Source of the DNA: Octopus sinensis
Lineage: Eukaryota
DNA length: 64,000 bases
Assembly: GCF_006345805.1 (NCBI RefSeq)
Contig: NC_043002.1
Location: forward strand, 118,916,001 to 118,980,000
Direction of reading: 5' to 3'
Shown: in pieces, positions 51,921 through 64,000 of the stretch
How positions within the stretch are numbered: the first letter of the stretch is position 1
Layout of the letters: each line of letters opens with the position of its first letter
Notes under the pieces: generated by a model
What the model saw: only the letters and a program-made list of their open reading frames with translations
What the model was told of the DNA's origin: nothing
The model's database searches: none
Made by a program: the position numbers and the translations under genes

Positions 51921-52238
51921 GCTCATAGGTTTGTTGAATCAGGACTAACCTGTGACTATAGAATGTATTCGTTATTTTTTCTGTTTTTCGTTATTGAAAG
52001 CTAAATGGAGATAAATAATGTCAAAAGCGATTTTTAAATTTATTGAATGTTTTATGAAAACAAAAAAAAAAAGCTTTTATTTAAGAGAAAGAAGAGGGCA
52101 AAGATTTGACTATCAAATAGTTTGATAAAGTGTTTGTGCCGTTTAACCCTAGGTCACCATTGAGTCAGGAGACCAACGCACAGCAGTTGTAACAAATCTA
52201 TTATATACACGTACACACAAACATACATATATATATAT

Positions 52239-52458
52239 ATTTCTTTACTACCCACAAAGGGCTAAACACAGAGAGGACAAACAAGGACAGACAAACGGAT
52301 TAAGTCGATTACATTGACCCCAGTGCGTAACTGGTACTTAATTTATCGACCCCGAAAGGATGAATGGCAAAGTCGACCTCGGCGGAATTTGAACGCAGAA
52401 CGTAACGGCAGACGAAATACGGCTACGCATTTCGCCCGGCGTGCTAACGATTCTGCCA
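52239..52458 (-). mobile_element. SINE family B
   Basis: Same consensus, reversed. Confidence 0.85.
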
Positions 52459-52520
52459 TATATATGTATGTATGTATGTATGTTATATATATAGATATAT
52501 ATATATATATATATATATAT

Positions 52521-52576
<56 letters not shown>

Positions 52577-52719
52577 ATGTATATATATATATGTATATAT
52601 ATATATGTATATATATATGTATATATTGTATATATATATATGTATATATATATAGATATATATATATATATATATGTATATATAGATATATATATATATA
52701 TATATGTATGTATATATAT

Positions 52720-52783
<64 letters not shown>

Positions 52784-53582
52784 GTGTGTGTGTGTGTATA
52801 TATCAAGGCGATTTGAGGGAGATTTGGATGCTATTTCAAACAGATCGAGCGACTTACAAATCCCTTTGCTAACTCGCCGAAGAATCTCTCTCTCTCTCTC
52901 TGTCTCCCTCTCTCTATCTATCTATCTCTTTCTCTCTCTTTCTCTCTATCTATCTATCTTTCTCTCTCTCCCCACTCTCTCTCTATCTATCTATCTATCT
53001 ATCTATCTCTTTCTCTCTCTCTCTATCTCTCTTTCTTTCTCTCTCTCGCATTCTGTGAGGGAACGACTAACATGTTAAACAGAGTAGAACAAAAACAAAG
53101 ATCTTAGCGAGCCGCGTCTGCCGACCGGTTTCAATGAACGTGAATAGGACTTTGTTAAGAAGCGTATGGACATTTTAATCTCAGCCTCCTTTCGTATAAA
53201 ATCATATATAATAGATATTAGGCAATGAGCGCAAGAAGGACAATACGGGAGGGACACGTCTCAACAAATGTTGTAATTAATACTTAAAAAGAAAGGAAAG
53301 ATATATATATATATATATATATATAGTATATATATATATATATATATAATATATATATATATATATGGTGTGTGTGTGTGTGTGTATATATATATGTGTG
53401 TGTGTGTATATATATATTATATATATATATATATGTATATATATATGTATATATATATATGTATATATATATATGTGTATATATATATATATATGTATAT
53501 ATATATGTGTGTATATATATATATATTGTATATATATATGTATGTATGTATATGTATATATATATAATATATTATATATATG

Positions 53583-53650
<68 letters not shown>
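52459..53650. repeat. Microsatellite cluster: (TA)n 52459-52802, (CT/CTAT)n 52885-53046, (TA/TG)n 53301-53650
   Basis: Directly visible. Confidence 0.95.
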
Positions 53651-54024
53651 ATCGTCCGAAGATCAGGAGAGTATCGATTGAAGTTTTAATGTGCAATAAT
53701 TTATATCATTATTTTCAGTTTTCGCTTCCTTGTTTACACAAGCACACCTACATACATACATATATACAAATGTGTGTATATGTGTCTATATATATAATAT
53801 ACAGGAAGAGAGAGGTTTATCTTTTTCTCGGATGGGAAGCTAATTCCAAGAAATTGACTGCTATTTTTAGAAGATAAGCGACCACGCCAGGCCTCCAATG
53901 TTAGCTCGTGTAAGATAGTTTTAATTCTATATTAAATCAATTATCTGACAGATACTTTATTTTATTACCTCTGGAAAGATTAAAAGCAAGGTTGACCTCG
54001 GCGGGATTTGAACTCACAACTTAA

Positions 54025-54077
<53 letters not shown>

Positions 54078-54079
<2 letters not shown>

Positions 54080-54294
54080 TTTTTTCTTTTTCTTTTTCCT
54101 TGTTTCAGTCATTTGACTGCGGCCATGTTGGAGCACCGCCTTTAATCGAGCAACTCGACCCCCGGGACTTATTCTTTTGTAAGCCCAATACTTATTCTAT
54201 CGGTCTCTTTTGCCGAACCGCTAAGTAACGGGGACATAAACACACCAGCATCGGTTGTCAAACAATGCTATGGGGGACAAACACAGACACACAA

Positions 54295-54349
<55 letters not shown>

Positions 54350-54509
54350 CGACGGGCTTCTTTCAGTTTCCGTCTACCAAATCCACTCACAAGGCTTTGG
54401 TCGGCCCGAAGCTATAGTAGAAGACACCCGCCCAAGGTGTCACGCAGTGGGACTGAACCCGGAACCATGTGGTTGGTAAGCAAGCTACTTACCACACAGC
54501 CACTCCTAT
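54078..54509 (-). mobile_element. SINE family A
   Basis: Reverse-complement full-length copy. Confidence 0.88.
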
Positions 54510-54864
54510 ACAGACACACACACACACAGCTTGATGAGAAGTGGCGATGGTAAACATAAATATCAGAGTTCAGTGTATTACTTCTCATTCAACATCGAAA
54601 ATTCATGTTAAATGCATTTTCATGTAAAATGCTGCGCACATGAACATCAGTGGCACTATCTTCTGCGCTTTATATGTATATATGTGCGTGCATAGATACG
54701 CGATGCAGGATAGGAAGTGTTTATTCTTATTGCACGTGGTTTTATGAAAATGTTTGCATCTACTGGCCGTTTCTGCTAACATTTTATTTATTCGATTATT
54801 TTCTTGTTAAACTAAAATAAATTTATGCTATCCTATTTCAACTTACTGAGATGTATGAGTGTCT

Positions 54865-54898
<34 letters not shown>

Positions 54899-55216
54899 TT
54901 TATTTCGCTTAGGCATAACGGTGCTAATAACCTGGTGGTAGAATTCAATATACATATGCTTCCGAACGAACCGTCAGTCGGGTACAGAACAGTGACAAGA
55001 AATTAAAATGACAAGGGAATAAATATTGTGAACTTCATTAGCTCACAGCTGTTTCTGCTATAGGGTGCAATGCGCTTATAGTTAAGTGTTTGTGCATCAC
55101 CGTATAACTTCATCGGCGTTTCAAAGATAAGTGCAATTATATTTCGAAAAGCATTTACATTTGTATATATTTTATATACACAAGCACTCAACATTGTACC
55201 TTATAGCATAAATAGC

Positions 55217-55249
55217 GGATCTTTTCGGTTTGACCGGCCGAAAAGATTC
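55217..55249. mobile_element. 33-bp TIR-only DNA transposon remnant with 8-bp TSD (Merlin- or hAT-like)
   Basis: TAAATAGC|GGATCTTTTCGG-TTTGACCGG-CCGAAAAGATTC|TAAATAGC. Confidence 0.65.
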
Positions 55250-56677
55250 TAAATAGCTATAAGCTAATGAAGTTCACGTCATTATTTCTTATTCCCTTCT
55301 CATTTTAATTTCTTATACATATACATATATATTCATACGTTCATTCATATATACACTGACGAATGTGTGTATATTTGTGTTAAGCTGCTCTTGCCTATAA
55401 GTAAAATAAGCAACATAAGAACTACATCACCCTGTTCTAAAGATTAGGGTAAAAGTTCATTACAATTTACTTTTAATGCGTTAAATAAAAGTAATCTATA
55501 TAGTTGTTAGGCATTACATCATCTGTATTGACCATGCCTAGCCATTATCATCCCATCTTTTATATTTGCTTCTTCATCCCAGTTACAGTACGTCCAAGAT
55601 TATCCAATATGCCCCATTTTACTAAGATCATAGGATTTGAACTCAGAACGTTTAGGGTCATAAATGCCGCTAGTAATTTTTTTCCGACACCCTAGCAATT
55701 GTACCTATTCAAATATTTTGTAGGGTAGGGTATTGGCTTTACTTTTGCTTACTGAAATCAATGTTTGACGCAGGGCACTTTTATAAAAGTGATAGTAAAA
55801 CCTAGCGAATGGAATGAAACTTGTATTTGTTATTTGTGTTTCTTTAACTTAAACTTTAAATTTAATAATTTCATCTATATTACTATGTGTTTATTTTATA
55901 TTTTAATTTATGCGAAAGAAAAAAAAATTATGTAATAAATATAGATGTTTTTGATACGCTTAAATAATTTCATATTTTATTTCACTTTCGTTTACTTTTT
56001 ACATTAATGATTGACAGGTCAAAATGAGCAAATAAAATTTACTTCTTACCCCTGAGCTCAAAACATGTTTTAAGCGGGGCATATACGCCTTATTTAGTGA
56101 GCCCTTATGTACGACTGGTATTTATTTCATGAACCCTCTGAAGAATAAAAGAGAAAGTCATTCATCCCATCGTGATTTGAACCCAGATATTGAACTGGAT
56201 ACTATAAAACATAATACAGTTCCGTGTTCTATTATCCAAACTAACTCAACTTTTGGTTTTCTTGAAAATTCGTAATGACATAAATCCGATCTAATGACAT
56301 CTGCAATGTGATCGAACACGTTCGGCTGAGATGTCAGTCGGTATCGAATGACATGAAGCCGAGTTGCAATCACACAAACATTTGAAGGGGTGTATTTTGC
56401 AGAGAGAATGGAAGAAGAAGAGTTGAGGAATCAGACACTGAATAGTCACCCTAAACTCTCATTGTTTCCTGGTATTCATTTACATTATTAAGGAATTGAT
56501 CCATCCAGTGATGAACTAAAAACATTTCCAGTTACATTTATTTATATGATTTATCAACTTGTTTGTTTCGTTTTTATTTCCTGTTTCCCGCTATTCCACT
56601 CTCTTTTCTTCTATTCTGCCGGCTGATTTTTCTGGTTTGCCTTCACCTGACAGTTTAAATGCTCTTACTCTCCCCCT

Positions 56678-56967
<290 letters not shown>

Positions 56968-57793
56968 CACTATTATGATTGCTTGCCTCGCCCCCAAAGG
57001 GGACTTAGGGGACGTTGACAGGTTCTTAACACTAGGCGGTAAATGTCGAACGGATTGCTCAGGGGCGTCGGGTTCTTCAGAGGAGTTTTGTGAGAAATAA
57101 AGTATTTAAACCAAATACTAATATTAAAAAAAAATACTTTATCAGAATTAAAATATGAACAGGACCTGCTATCAGTGAGGAGAAACATGATCGATGCACC
57201 AAGATCTGATATAATTTCATTATATAACTATTCGCCTTCGGTAATTTGCGTACAAATTTAACATAGGAGGCACGAGTCCTTTCAAATACCTTGATAGGAT
57301 AGTATCAGAAAAATATGAGAGGAAGCGTTTATAAAACTTCATTCTGTGAAAGATGTTGAGTTGCCAAAACTATTGATATAGATCAATGCTTTAACTCTGG
57401 TTTTTCTGGTTTCTGAACTGGTTTCTGAACAGCTGATAGGCAGCCTGTTTCTGGCCTGCTTAGAGGGCTGTATGCTGATTATATACATAACAAAACGAAT
57501 AAATTAATTCAAACAGAAGACTTTGAGCTGGTTGCGCAATATCCTATCCAGCCTAGCTATGTCACTTAATTATTTTGATTTATAAACGAATGAATGGGTG
57601 ATCGTTCGATCTGCAAGAAATAGTAGCTAGATCGTTAGTAAGAGCACGTTGCCAAATATAGTCCTAGTATATGAAAAGATGGGAAAATCATGACTGGAAC
57701 GCTTTTCATAATACATATTCTTGAGACAAAACTATGTATAGTTGTGTAACATATTGCTCAATTTTAAAGGTATTCTGAAAGGACTAAAATAAT

Positions 57794-57935
57794 ATTACTA
57801 CTCACAAGGGGCTAAACACAGAGAGGACAGACAAATGGATTAAGACGATTACATCGACCCCAGTGCGTAACTGGTACTTAATTTATCGACCCCGAAAGGA
57901 TGAAAGGCAAAGTCGACCTCGGCGGAATTTGAACT
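57794..57935 (-). mobile_element. SINE family B (partial)
   Basis: Tail and core, reversed. Confidence 0.8.
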
Positions 57936-58099
57936 AGTTATTGAGTTACTACTGACTTTTCTTCTCCGCATAAAAGTTCACTCAACCTTTACTGTTTTCA
58001 GGCTGATGACGTAGCAGAGTAAGTAATCTCAACTGTTTATTTTTTTTTTTTTAAGATGCTTGTTTTTGTGCTTACTCATGTATAACATTGTACATTTTC

Positions 58100-60383
58100 A
58101 TAATTCTTTCGCCAGCATGGAAGACCAGTGACAAGACCCATTGACGTCAAGGATCAAGTACAGATCAAAGACAGCAGTATTTGATTTCAACTTCACTTCA
58201 TACAATGACTCTGGTGTTTACAGGATATTTATTCTCAGGTTCACTCAAAGATAAATTTCTCGTTTGTTCTGCACTTAAAGCAATACCAAGGCTTTATATA
58301 GTTTGGAAAAGATTTCATCTTACATCGAATCAGAAAATCTTTTGTAAGACAATGTCTGTGGATGTTGTCAGTGGTGCAGCTAATTTTTTAAACTCTAGTC
58401 TCTTGTGCGATAGAAGTCGAATCTCTTTCTTTTTTTTTTTTCTGTTAATGGTGTGGCCTTGGAAGAACTTTCTGGAAAACTTTATTTGAACTGTGCTCAA
58501 TCTCCTGTGATGTGTTGGTGGCTACTGACATTTGAAGAACCAGCACAAACCCTGACGTCATTGAACGACCCCGTGGAGTTTAATCTTTTTCACGTTATGC
58601 TGAGTTGTAAGTTTCATACAAAATGCCATTGTTACCGAAACATAAAATTAATGAATATAGAACACAATTACGTATATTATAACTAAGAGAAATTAGTTAA
58701 AAATTGTTTGGTATGTGTCACGGTTCCTTTTTTTTTTTTTTTTTTGCATGTTTGACTCTGTGTGTTGAACAAATGGAGTACTAGCAATGTGGGGAGCAAA
58801 ATCTAAATTTCAAATTAGTAGGAAAAAAAACCCACCCAAAATGAAAGACAATCATTCAATGACCCATTGTTAGGCCTTAAAAACACTTGAAGCTTCACTT
58901 GGAAAGATTTTGGACCATGGAATTCAAATTGTGAATTTGTCAAAATGAGGAGCTTACTTTATGCAGTTTGTCACATGCTTCTTTTACATACAAATGTTTG
59001 GTGGCTTTCCAAATGGAATGTACCTATTTGAGCTTAGAGATGAACTTGAATTATTTTTTTAATTTCAGGGTAAGAAAGAATTTTTGTCTCACTGAATGAG
59101 AAAGAATGGATCACGTGCCTTCCTATCTGGTTGATGTTTTTGAACAACTGAAAAAAATTGAAGCTTCAAGTGCAAGACATGAATACAAACACCATTAAAT
59201 TCTTTGAAAGCTTTCATGAGCAAAATGGAAAATGTAATGTTTCAGAAACTGTTACCAATTCTTGTTGCTAGTGGTGAAGATTATGCCCTCCTATATTTGT
59301 ACAGATAACATTTTGCAGTCTTTGACGACACTAACAAATGAATTCAGTGATTAGTTGAATTTAATTAAATGTAAAACCCATTTAAGTTCACTTTTTAAAA
59401 GTTCTTGATGATTGCTGATATAAATGTCTAGAGCTGAAGAGTGATTCAGAAACAATAATTCATGTTCATTAAGAAAATGATCACAAAATTCTTGCTCTGT
59501 GAGCGCTGTCCAAAATTGACAGAAATAGCTATTTATGCCATAATTCCATTTGTACCATCATTGAGTTAAGCTTTTCAACTTTGTTGTAAATGAAAATGAA
59601 GCAATGAAGAAGACTAGAAGTTAAGAATTTCCTATAATGTCCCTTTCTAGCACTCATCTATGTATCCAAGAATTTGGTAAATAAAAAAAAACAATCACAA
59701 GAAAAACAAAAAAAAAATCATTTTTCTCATTGACCGTAATCTTCATCAGAATAAAATAAATTACAATAGCCTGGCATTGTATCAAATATTTTGTTTATAG
59801 AAGTGTGCTACAGTAACTTCAGTCTTTAAAGTAATTAGTTATGAACATATGTATAACAAAAAAACTATTTTTATTTGAGTTTTAAAATCAACATTTTTAT
59901 TGCTATTAAATTTGTAAAACTCCATTATGAAAATAACCCAGGCAAAATAAATAGGCGCAGGAGTGGCTGTGTGGTAAGTAGCTTGTCTGCCAACCACATG
60001 GTTCCGGGTTCAGTCCCACTGCGTGGCACCTTGGGCAAGTGTCTTCTACTATAGCCTCGGGCCAACCACAGCCTTGTGAGTGAATTTGGTAGACGGAAAC
60101 TGAAAGAAGCCCATCATATATATATATATATGTATGCGTGTGTGTGTTTGTGTGTCTGTGTTTGTCCCCCTAGCATTGCTTGACAACCGATGCTGGTGTG
60201 TTTATGTCCCCGTTACTCAACGGTTCGGCAAAAGAGACCAATAGAATAAGTACTGGGCTTACAAAGAATAAGTCCCGGGGTCGATTTGCTTGACTAAAGG
60301 CGGTGCTCCAGCATGGCCGCAGTCAAATGACTGAAACAAGTAAAAGAATAAAAGAAAGAATAAAAAAAGTTTGAGAACCACTA
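58100..60383 (+). mobile_element. Decayed hAT (Buster/Charlie-like) transposon remnant
   Basis: hAT dimerisation-like remnant at ~59560-59625 (E.AFSTLL*MKMKQ*RRLEV). Charlie-type terminus gtttgagaaccacta at 60369-60383. Left end uncertain. Confidence 0.5.
59954..60362 (+). mobile_element. SINE family A
   Basis: Full-length copy. Confidence 0.88.
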
Positions 60384-61127
60384 TTAAAGAAGATAAAAAC
60401 AAGGTTTCAAAAGAATGACATTGAATCCAAGATCTTCATAGGAATGCCTTCCCTTATAATGCCCTATTAAACAATCTGAAGTCCTCCATTCTTGGGAAGT
60501 ATATGGGGCCCACTTTTTTTTTTAGAGAATTAACTAACTTATATTATTAAGAACCTCTACCAACACTGTGATGATGCTTATTTGAGTCAGAAACATGTTC
60601 ACATATGCTTTACTGCTTGAAAAAAAAAACAGATTTCCTTTCCCTTTGATGGCATGTGAATTTTGGAGAATTGTTGGTTTGATTATGTGAGATTATCTCC
60701 CCTTCTTTTTCAAAGCAAGCTGCAATTCCCACTAGGCAGTTGTTTACTTTCTCATAAAACAAAGACAATTTCAATAAAAATTTTGCCTTGTATGGCATTT
60801 AGTATTCTTTTCTTTGTCCTTGCCAATGACCTTTCTCTCCCTCTCTCTCACACACACACACAAACATATATAGTAAATACTAGCGATTAAAACCTAAGCT
60901 GTGTCATTATGAAGCACTTCTGTGAATCCCAGTTATATGTATGTAGATGTTTTATCTTTGAGGAGAAACCTATCCATGCAAGTTGAAATACCTAGTCAAA
61001 GTATATTAGTTGCAGAGTTTGGATATATTAAAGCAAAGACTGGGATCTATGGTATTAGATTTAATTCTGTAGTTACAATTATTTCAATACCATATGGGAA
61101 ATACATTTTATGAACATAGATATTAAT

Positions 61128-61545
61128 ATTTATTTCTTTATTGCCCACAAGGGGCTAAACATAGAGTGGACGACAATATGGACAGACAAAGGGATTAAGT
61201 CGATTACATTGACCCCAGTGTGTATCTGGTACTTATTTAATCAACCCCAAAAGGATGAAAGGTAAAGTTGACCTTGGCGAAATCTGAACTCAGAATGGAG
61301 CGGCTGACGAAATACCTATTTCTTTATTACCCACAAGGGGCTAAACATAGAGGCGACAAACATGGACAGACATAGGTATTAAGTCGATTATATCGACCCC
61401 AGTGTTTAACTGGTACTTAATTTATCGACCCCGAAAGGATGAAAGGCAAAGTCGACCTCGGCGGAATTTGAACTCACAACGTTACGGCTGACGAAATACC
61501 GCTAAACATTTCACCCAGCAGGCTAACGATTCTGCCAACTCACAG
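61128..61545 (-). mobile_element. Two tandem/nested SINE family B copies
   Basis: tatttctttatt...cccacaaggggctaaac...gctgacgaaatacc occurs twice. Confidence 0.8.
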
Positions 61546-61584
61546 CTTAACATAGATATTAATATTAATGATAGCATGATCTTC

Positions 61585-62250
61585 GGATGATGAGTCTCAC
61601 AGAACCAATGACAAATGACTGAGCTTTTTAGCAATTTGCTTTGCTTCAGAAGACACATCAAGCTAAGTGAAATCGTAGTTGTGGCCAGTGCCGGTGACAT
61701 GTAAAAGGTACCTAATACATTCTGTGGAGTGTTTGGCATTAGGAAAGATATCCAGCCGTAGAAACCAAGCCAAAAGAGACTTGAGCCTGGTGCAGCTCCC
61801 TGGCTTCCCAGCTCCATTCAAACCATCTTACCCATGCTAGCATGGAAAACAGACACTAAATGATGATGAATATAAACATAATGGGTTTCATGGTAGAGGG
61901 TTGAGAATGGATCTACTGACATCTACTGACATCGGAACACAGAGGGGACGGCAGGAGACTGAGACTACTGGCAGTTTCTTGTACTTGAAAAAATATGTCA
62001 AGCTAAGTAAAAGCATGGTTGCCCCTGTAACCCTCTCCAGCTGAGCATCTCTCATCTTGTGGGCTCATAGGTTTTGGGGCCACATAAAAAGTACCCAGGA
62101 CACTTTGTAAAGTGGTTGGCATTAGGAAGTGCATCCAGCTGTAGAAACCATGCCAAAACAGGGAGCCTGAACAGCCCTTCAGCTGGTCCACTCTTGTCAA
62201 AATGTCCAACCCATGCCAGCATGAAAAACAAACATTAAATGGTGGTGATG
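61585..62250 (+). mobile_element. Two decayed family C RTE-tail copies (61585-61869, ~62080-62250)
   Basis: ggcattaggaa...tccagc(c/t)gtagaaacc...cccatgc motifs. Confidence 0.6.
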
Positions 62251-62557
62251 AGACTTTATTTAGAACCGATTTGCATTTCATTGGACTGAATTTCAAAAAT
62301 ATGTCACTGTCTCCTTGCCTTGGTATCACATGATAGCTGTAAATGAATGCCACTGTCTTGCAAGCAGTGTCCTTTGTTCCCAAACTTCCATGAAAACATG
62401 TTTGGTTGTGGGGGAAATATTACCTTACTGGGAAACAAGTGAAAGCTGCCAATAGGAAGAGCAGCAGAAAATCTGCTTCAACAAAATTCCATCTGACCCA
62501 TGCAAATATGGAAAAGTAGGTGTAAAAGCAATGAGACACTGACAAAGATTATATATA

Positions 62558-62945
62558 GGCGCAGGAGTGGCTGTGTGGTAAGTAGCTTGCTAACCAACCA
62601 CATGGTTCCGGGTTCAGTCCCACTGCATGGCATCTTGGGCAAGTGTCTTCTGCTTTAGCCCCGGGCCGACCAATGCCTTGTGAGTGGATTCGGTAGATGG
62701 AAACTGAAAGAAACCTTTCGTATATATGTATATATATATATGTGTGTGTTTGTCCCCCTAGCATTGCTTGACAACCGATGCTGGTGTGTTTACGTCCCCG
62801 TCACTTAGCGGTTCGGCAAAAGAGATCGATGGAATAAGTACTGGGTTTACAAAAGAATGAGTCCCGGGGTCGATTTGCTCGACTAAAGGCGGTGCTCCAG
62901 CATGGCCGCAGTCAAATGACTGAAACAAGTAAAAGAGTAAAGAGT
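62558..62945 (+). mobile_element. SINE family A
   Basis: Full-length copy. Confidence 0.88.
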
Positions 62946-62979
62946 ATATACACACATACAGAGAGAGATAAATAGACAG

Positions 62980-63023
<44 letters not shown>

Positions 63024-63164
63024 ATAAAGTGAAGAAATACTATTGCTTCACTAATAATATTATTCATCTGCAAAACTCATAGTAGTGTATTTATATTCCA
63101 AGATTGCTGTTATTTTTCCACTAAATTACATTGCAAAACAATTTTCGTTATTTTTATTTCTTTA

Positions 63165-63615
63165 GTCAGTAAGTGTTGTTTCCTATTTGCTTCTATCTAG
63201 AAATCAAAGTAAATCACTACCATTCCCTTCAAACTTTGCTTTTGTCACCTGGACATCTATGTTTTGAAACTCACCTATTTTCCATTACATTTCAGTGAGA
63301 TTCAATGTTGAGTTGCTAAAGCAGAAATATCATTATAGCAAATATTCTGCTCAAAACCACAGATTTGCTTGACTTTAACCACTCGAACATGTCCCTTAGT
63401 GGCTGACAATATGTGCATCTCTAATCACGAACAGGAGTAGTGGGGGAATATCATAGCCATGTGTTGAGGAAGATTCTTTGGGGTTTGAATAAATGTAACA
63501 AAAGCAAAATTGGGAGGAAATATTAGCCATTTTTCACATTTTCTAGGGGTAAGCAAATAGAAAATAAAAGTTGTTATGCAAGGACAAAAATCATGTTACA
63601 CAGTGTTATAAGCAA
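63165..63615. repeat. Dispersed MITE-like repeat, copy 2
   Basis: Colinear with 19500-19900. Confidence 0.7.
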
Positions 63616-64000
63616 CACCCTGGGAGGGTGATCGGTGATTTGATCTTTACTAATTGTTCAGAGATTCCTTGCTGTTATTTCTAGCCAATGGAGTAAACAC
63701 AGCTTTTCAACTTTGCAAAGCAATGGTAAATATCTTTCTTCAAAATTTATTTCCCTATATTATAATTTATAAAATTGAAAAGTAATTATATAGAAATTAT
63801 AAAATAATTTTTAAATTGTAAAATATTTGAAAATAATCTAACATTTTATAATTTAGAATTACGAAATAATTTTTGAAATATTAAAAAAAAAATAAATTTA
63901 TAATTTAAATAATAAAATAATTTTAAAATATAAAATTTTAAAAATTACATAACCTATAAGCTAATTTAATTCTAAGTGTCAATCACTTAAAGTTTTGTGA

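Noticed and set aside
53075-53257. CpG-containing 60-aa ORF between microsatellites
   Set aside because: No recognisable domain or splice signals; too short to support.

Overview
AT-rich eukaryotic DNA dense in repeats. The SINE, RTE-tail and MITE content and the very long (TA/CA)n tracts suggest an octopod cephalopod (inference from repeat types, not checked by search). The only supportable protein gene is UBE2N/Ubc13 on the minus strand. It has three coding exons (49891-49920 MAGLPRRIIK; 16760-16861; 5317-5461, carrying the HPN motif and catalytic Cys), separated by GT-AG introns of ~33 kb and ~11.3 kb. The remaining exon(s) were not found and probably lie beyond base 1. Introns and upstream DNA contain three tRNA-related SINE families, RTE-LINE 3' ends, TTAA MITEs, a nested mariner, a Helitron, a solo LTR, a hAT remnant, a 5 x 164-bp tandem array and a ~6.8-kb microsatellite. 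The supplied ORFs are almost all repeat artefacts. The most unusual signals are a minimal type-I hammerhead-ribozyme-like motif with a swapped G3-C8 core in a small Penelope-like foldback insert (23906-23955, sense to the UBE2N pre-mRNA), two further long foldback inserts in TA tracts, a retroposed 28S rRNA fragment with a TSD inside a dead LINE, a foldback element beside the UBE2N promoter, a possible alternative first exon, and two pre-miRNA-like hairpins.
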